Source: Rebecca billardiae RCC1528 (lineage: Eukaryota; Protista; Haptophyta). Taken from it: a DNA stretch of 64,000 nucleotides. The stretch lies in assembly GCA_965240325.2 (NCBI GenBank), contig OZ251238.1:930001-994000 (forward strand), given 5' to 3'. The notes under the pieces are model-generated. The model was given only the letters and a program-made list of their open reading frames with translations, had not been told where the DNA came from and ran no database searches. Position 1 is the stretch's first letter; each line of letters starts with the position of its first letter. The position numbers and the translations under genes were made by a program. This document shows positions 59,380 to 64,000 of the stretch, piece after piece.

Positions 59380-60324
59380 ATGGCGGCCGACCCGCTCACA
59401 CGTCTGCTCGAGGCAGCTGACAAGACGATCCTCAGCGTGGGCTCGGGCGACGGCTCGCAGCAGGCTGCCATCGTCGCTCGCGGGCACCGCAACGTGACCA
59501 CCACCTTCTTCGACTCTCGAGCAGCGCTGCTCGCCAAGTACCCACAGTCGGCACCGGCCAGCCTGCGCGTGCTCGAGGGCGCCGCGCGTCCGCCTCTCTT
59601 CGAGGTCGACGCGACCAATCTGCAGTCGTACGGGCTTGGCATGTTCGACATCTGCATCTTCTCCTTCCCGCACACGGGCGTGCCCAATAACGATCCCAAC
59701 AACGTCGCTTCGAACCGCGCGCTGCTCACCGGCTTTTTGCGCTCGGTGCAGCACGTGCTTAAGCCTGACGGACAGGTGCAGATCACACTCAAGACGGGCG
59801 AGCCGTACGATCGATGGGAGCTGCCCAGGCTCTTGAGTGACGAGTGCGACCTTCACTTGACCTCGACGCACCCGCTCGACAAGTCGCAGTTCACCGGCTA
59901 TGTGCACCGCCTCACCGTCGGCGCGACCGGCAAGATGACGCAGGTGCGCGACAAGGGCGCCAAGGTCTACTCCTTCGAGCGGCGCCAGCCCGCCAACGCC
60001 GAGCCGACTGTCGCGCAGCTGCCGCTCTCGACGTCCGCGTCCGTCGTCATCGTCGCGCTGCTGCACGCGGCCCTCAGCTATGCTGAAGTCGAGACAATGA
60101 TCGGCGAGGTCCTTCACGCGGCACGTGGCGAGGCTGAGAGTCTGAGCGTGCTCGACATTCGCAGGCGGGCGGCGGGCAGGTGCAAGATCGCCTGCGCCAC
60201 ACTGCCTGACACGCGTCAGATGAACCGGGTGCTGTACGCGATGGAGCACAAGGGCTGTGCATGCCGAGGGGGCTCCCGGGCGGGTCGCGGGATGAAGCCG
60301 GCCTGGATGGCACCCGCCGAGTGA
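59380..60324 (+). CDS. DUF2431/Bmt5-like SAM-dependent RNA methyltransferase fused to a C-terminal Z-alpha winged-helix domain
   Basis: ILSVGSGDGS, LLAKYP, FEVDATNL, FDICIFSFPHTG, NRALLTGFLRS, ITLKTGEPYDRW (DUF2431); C-terminal TRQMNRVLYAMEHKG...KPAW (compare ADAR1 Z-alpha KKEINRVLYSLAKKG...PPLW); intronless. Confidence 0.8.
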   Translation: MAADPLTRLLEAADKTILSVGSGDGSQQAAIVARGHRNVTTTFFDSRAALLAKYPQSAPASLRVLEGAARPPLFEVDATNLQSYGLGMFDICIFSFPHTGVPNNDPNNVASNRALLTGFLRSVQHVLKPDGQVQITLKTGEPYDRWELPRLLSDECDLHLTSTHPLDKSQFTGYVHRLTVGATGKMTQVRDKGAKVYSFERRQPANAEPTVAQLPLSTSASVVIVALLHAALSYAEVETMIGEVLHAARGEAESLSVLDIRRRAAGRCKIACATLPDTRQMNRVLYAMEHKGCACRGGSRAGRGMKPAWMAPAE

Positions 60325-61153
60325 CCGGGCCTCGTTCGTCGTTGGCGACGTGCGGCAGGAGACTGACCCTGACGGGCAGTCCGAGTGGAGCGTACAACAC
60401 GCTTGGCCGGGTGAGCGTGACGTGGAGCCGGCTCTAGCTAGATGAGGCGTACAGTGCATATATGCGCAGATATATGTATGGTATGGTAGCCTCTTACTTC
60501 ACTCCGCCCGACTACAGCAGCCGCATGCGGTGACGGCGGTCCGCCGGTCATCCCGGGGACGGTCGTATCCAGATCTGCCCATCACAGCAGTCACACAGTG
60601 ATCACCGTGCCAGGCGTGCCATGACTCATGACTGCCCCGAGTCAGCAGCGCCGCACGCCCGCAGCATATCAACTGACTGATTGCTGCGGCTGATATCAGA
60701 TGCGACGAGCTGACCGCCTCGGTGATAACGATCATCAGTTGTGCTGATGATGATTATTATCAGCCTGATATGATATGACGAATGTCGTATGATGATGACG
60801 ACGGAGATGACGATCGATGTATATGATGGCGCACGCATATCCTGCTCGACGACCTCGGCCAAGTAGCCATAGTGCCCGCGGCCGGCGCCAGGCGATTGCG
60901 CTGTCGATCGAGCGCCACGTTGCGTGCCGTTATTATTCGTTATGACGACTATACTGAATGAATAATAAGACTCACTACGAGACTACCAAGTCACGCATGA
61001 TCGACTCATCCGAGCAGTCGTCAGTCGTGCCCTGCATATAAATCCGCCGGACGCGCGGGACGAATGCCTGGCGAGTGAGACAGCGGCACAGGCGACTGTG
61101 CCGGACTGTCCGGCGCCTACGTACATCCGATCGGAAGCACGGAGGCGCTGTGC

Positions 61154-62890
61154 TCAAACGCGGGGCAGCGGCACAGACGGCTCGTCGAGCTGCGGGCAGC
61201 GGCTCCGCTGCCGTCGGTGCCACGCCGCCAGATGCGTCGCGTTGAGAGAAGGCGGCGGGCTGTGCTCAAACGTGGGGCAGCGGCACAGGCGGCTCGCGCG
61301 CGAGGAGAACGTGGAGCCCTTCGTGCCGACGAAGAGAGCGGCGTGCGCGATCAGCTCGCCCTCGACCAGCGACACGAGCTTGGCCCAGGCGAGCTCAGCC
61401 AGGTCTGAGAAGCCGAGCTTGGTGGGTGCGCGCTTGGTGGGTGCGCCAATGTCAAGCGGCCGGCGCGCGGCGGGGGGGGCATGGCGCGCGAGGCGCGGAG
61501 CAGCAGCCGCGCGAGCCGCCGCCTCGACATCCGCCCAGAAGCGCGTGCGTTGCACGATGCCCCCCGGCCACGCAGCCCCCGCGCCACCCGTGACGCCGTT
61601 CGGCGGTGCGAACCAGCCGGTGGGCGCGTCGGTCGCGACGTAGAGCGATCGGCGCGCTGGCGCCGCGGCCGCGCCCGCGCGGGCTGCCGCGGCCGGGGCG
61701 GCGTGCGCGACTGGTGAGGCCAACGGCTCGCACTCGAGAATGTCGAGCACGCGGCGCGCGAGCGCGTCGGGCGTGTCGCTCGCGTCGTACAGGTCGAACT
61801 CGCGCGTGCGGTAGTGCAGCGCGGCGTATGCGCGCGGCCCTCCGAGCGCGCCGGCCGCCGCGCGCCACGCATGCTCAATGGGAGCGCTCGGTCGCACGCC
61901 CGCTTCGAGAGCGGAGCGGATGCGCATGAACTCGTGCGCTCGCCGGTCGACGGCGCAGTCAAGCAGCCGGGGGTACTCCCAGCCCTTCATCAAAAAGTTC
62001 GCGTCCATCGGCCAGTACTGCACCTTCGCCTCGATCGCGCGCAGCACAGCCTCGTCGTCGCCCCCTTTGGTCGGCTTGGCGCGCGGCCGTGCGAACGCAG
62101 CGGACGGCGCGTCCGCAGCGCGCGCACGGCCGAGCAGCTGCCGGCGCAACCGCACGTAGTCGCTGAGCCAGGCGGAGGTCTCGGCGCCGGCGAGGCGGAG
62201 GCGCTTCGGCAGCCGCTTGCCGAGCGGGCAGTCCCGCCGATGCGGCACCCAGAAGTGCTCGCGCGCCCACTGGCCCAGGTCCGGCTCGGCAGCGCCGCCC
62301 CGCGCCGCGCGGAGGCCGCGCGCCGTCGCGCACAGCTGGACGGCTCGCCTGCTCCAGTAGCGCGGGCGCGAGGCGTTGATGTGCTTGCTCCGGTACAAGT
62401 TGCCCAGCCGGCGCGACTGCCGCTGCATCGACTCGCACTCCGAGCGCACCATCAGCCGCGCCTCGTCCACGCCCGCCGCCCACGGCAGCCTGAGGCTCGC
62501 CGACTCGGCGCGCAGGAAGTTCTGGAAGCTGAGCACGCGCACGTGCGCGCGCAGCGAGCAGTCGGCGCCGCCGAGCGCCCAGTAGTCCTCGATGCGAGAG
62601 ACCGAGACGGGCATGCGCATGGCGCCCGACCGGTCGTCCAGCGGCGAGTTCGGGCCCCAGTCCTTCATCCAGACCGCGCCCGCCGGCGGCAGCACCAGCG
62701 TTCGGCCGGTCACGCACGCCATCTCTGCGGCGTAGAGCATGCCGTCGTAGACGTTGGTCAGCGCCCCGTGGTCGAGTTCGAAGAGGAGGTACTGCCCGGG
62801 CGCCTCAGGCTCGCATGGCGACTCACCAGACGCGAGGACGCTCAGAGCCACAAGGAGCACAAGGGCGCGCGCGCCGTACGCCGCCATCAT
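61154..62890 (-). CDS. GDP-fucose O-fucosyltransferase-like (POFUT/GT-B) secreted or Golgi protein
   Basis: Signal peptide; YLLFELDHGALTNV, GRTLVLPP, YAALHYRTREF, LYVATD, LVEGELIAHAALFVGTKGSTFS. Confidence 0.8.
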   Translation of the reverse strand: MMAAYGARALVLLVALSVLASGESPCEPEAPGQYLLFELDHGALTNVYDGMLYAAEMACVTGRTLVLPPAGAVWMKDWGPNSPLDDRSGAMRMPVSVSRIEDYWALGGADCSLRAHVRVLSFQNFLRAESASLRLPWAAGVDEARLMVRSECESMQRQSRRLGNLYRSKHINASRPRYWSRRAVQLCATARGLRAARGGAAEPDLGQWAREHFWVPHRRDCPLGKRLPKRLRLAGAETSAWLSDYVRLRRQLLGRARAADAPSAAFARPRAKPTKGGDDEAVLRAIEAKVQYWPMDANFLMKGWEYPRLLDCAVDRRAHEFMRIRSALEAGVRPSAPIEHAWRAAAGALGGPRAYAALHYRTREFDLYDASDTPDALARRVLDILECEPLASPVAHAAPAAAARAGAAAAPARRSLYVATDAPTGWFAPPNGVTGGAGAAWPGGIVQRTRFWADVEAAARAAAAPRLARHAPPAARRPLDIGAPTKRAPTKLGFSDLAELAWAKLVSLVEGELIAHAALFVGTKGSTFSSRASRLCRCPTFEHSPPPSLNATHLAAWHRRQRSRCPQLDEPSVPLPRV

Positions 62891-63010
62891 GGACCTCCGC
62901 ACCTTTTCTCGCCGCCGAGTTTTGGTGACTTTGGTCCGCCCGAGCGTCGGACTTTCATCGCGCGACGAAAGATTTTTGCCTGCGGGGAAGCCTCCATCGT
63001 GTCCTCGTCG

Positions 63011-63592
63011 ATGACGATGACGAGCAGGCGACGCGCTAGCCGCGTCGTCGGCGCGCTGATGCTGGCGGCGGCGGGCGCGTGCCGCGCTCAGGCGCCGCCG
63101 GGGAGCGCAGGCGCGGCGTACGCGCGGTCCACGCCGGCCACACCCGCCGCCGGCCCATTCGCGCAGCTGCTCAAAGCGCGCAGGCTGCTCTCGCCGCCGT
63201 GCGTCGGCTGCGTGACGCAGTGCGCGACCGCGACGGCGTCCGAGACGTTCAGCCAGCCGGCCATGCGCGCGGTGGGCATGTTCGCATTCCGCCACCTCTT
63301 CTGGAACGAGGCGAAGGAGTGCGCCGAGTTCGGTGAGGGCCTCGCCCTCGTCTTCCGCAACCTGCGGCTGTGGCACTTGGCGGCGGTGTTTGCAAACTTC
63401 TATTCGCAGTGCGTCGACGCGTGCTACCGGCAGTGCCCGTACTGGGGCGTGCGCGCGAAGCGCGCGGCTCGGCTGCTCGCGGCGGAGGAGCAGTCGCACG
63501 ACTGGGCGTACAAGATCGGCCCGAGCTACGCGTGGGAGGAGCGGTTTGCCGAGCAGAAGCTCGGCGAGGTGCGCTCTCGGGCGCACGCCTGA
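63011..63592 (+). CDS. Hypothetical Cys-containing secreted protein
   Basis: Signal-like VVGALMLAAAGACRA; non-low-complexity, aromatic-rich body; divergent from the fucosyltransferase across 120 bp. Confidence 0.55.
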   Translation: MTMTSRRRASRVVGALMLAAAGACRAQAPPGSAGAAYARSTPATPAAGPFAQLLKARRLLSPPCVGCVTQCATATASETFSQPAMRAVGMFAFRHLFWNEAKECAEFGEGLALVFRNLRLWHLAAVFANFYSQCVDACYRQCPYWGVRAKRAARLLAAEEQSHDWAYKIGPSYAWEERFAEQKLGEVRSRAHA

Positions 63593-64000
63593 TGCACAGA
63601 GCCGGCTGGCTGCCCATCGCCCCACGGAGGGGTCCTGCGCATCCGCACGACGGCCCAGGCAGCATCGAGAACGGGCCCTTTGGGCAGCCGCAGCCGCACG
63701 GCGTGGACCTTGCGCTCGCGGATCTTGATCCACCAATCCCTTACTTACCGCTGCGGCATATCTCCGATCAACTGCATTTACAACTTCAGCAGCAGCAGCC
63801 TTCTGCTCGCCGCCAGCACCGCCTGGCAGGCGCCCGCAGGCGCGGCGCGACGGACCTGCTTTGCGGCGCATGGCCGCCCATCGAGCTGCACCCGGGACGG
63901 GCAGACGGCGACATGCTGGCTGCTGCGCGGGTAGTCCGCTTCCACGCGACTGCGGGGGGTCGTCTCCGACGACGACTCGTCCTCGCGACTCGATGCCAGC

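Overview
Gene-dense, very GC-rich eukaryotic nuclear DNA. Short GC-rich GT-AG introns typically begin GTGCGC and end GCAG, and one protein has a bipartite ASAF plastid presequence, which fits an alga with a secondary red plastid (most plausibly a haptophyte such as a Pavlovales member; inference). About 22 protein genes are supportable: an LRR+TRP-like channel, AP2 and R2R3-MYB transcription factors, MOSC protein, GH89 NAGLU, WSC protein, porin-like protein, MDR oxidoreductase, FTHFS, DYRK1, MYST HAT, RbfA, NSUN6-like, a 7TM GRL/DUF3537-like protein, ERGIC3/Erv46, GRIP golgin, PPOX, MscS-like channel and an O-fucosyltransferase-like protein. There are two non-autonomous DNA transposons with clear TSDs (a ~630-bp-TIR foldback with 5-bp TSD, and a hAT element with 8-bp TSD carrying a probable nested insertion), several hairpins and three long (AG)n tracts. 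The most striking locus is 57259-60324: an intronless head-to-head pair made of a Dicer/RIG-I-type helicase ending in a dsRBD/DUF283-like domain (no PAZ or RNase III) and a DUF2431/Bmt5-like methyltransferase fused to an apparent Z-alpha (Z-DNA/Z-RNA-binding) domain. The helicase mRNA also carries a 28-nt inverted repeat able to pair over its own start codon. Together these suggest a candidate dsRNA/Z-RNA sensing and modification module. All family assignments are by motif recognition by eye; no searches were run.
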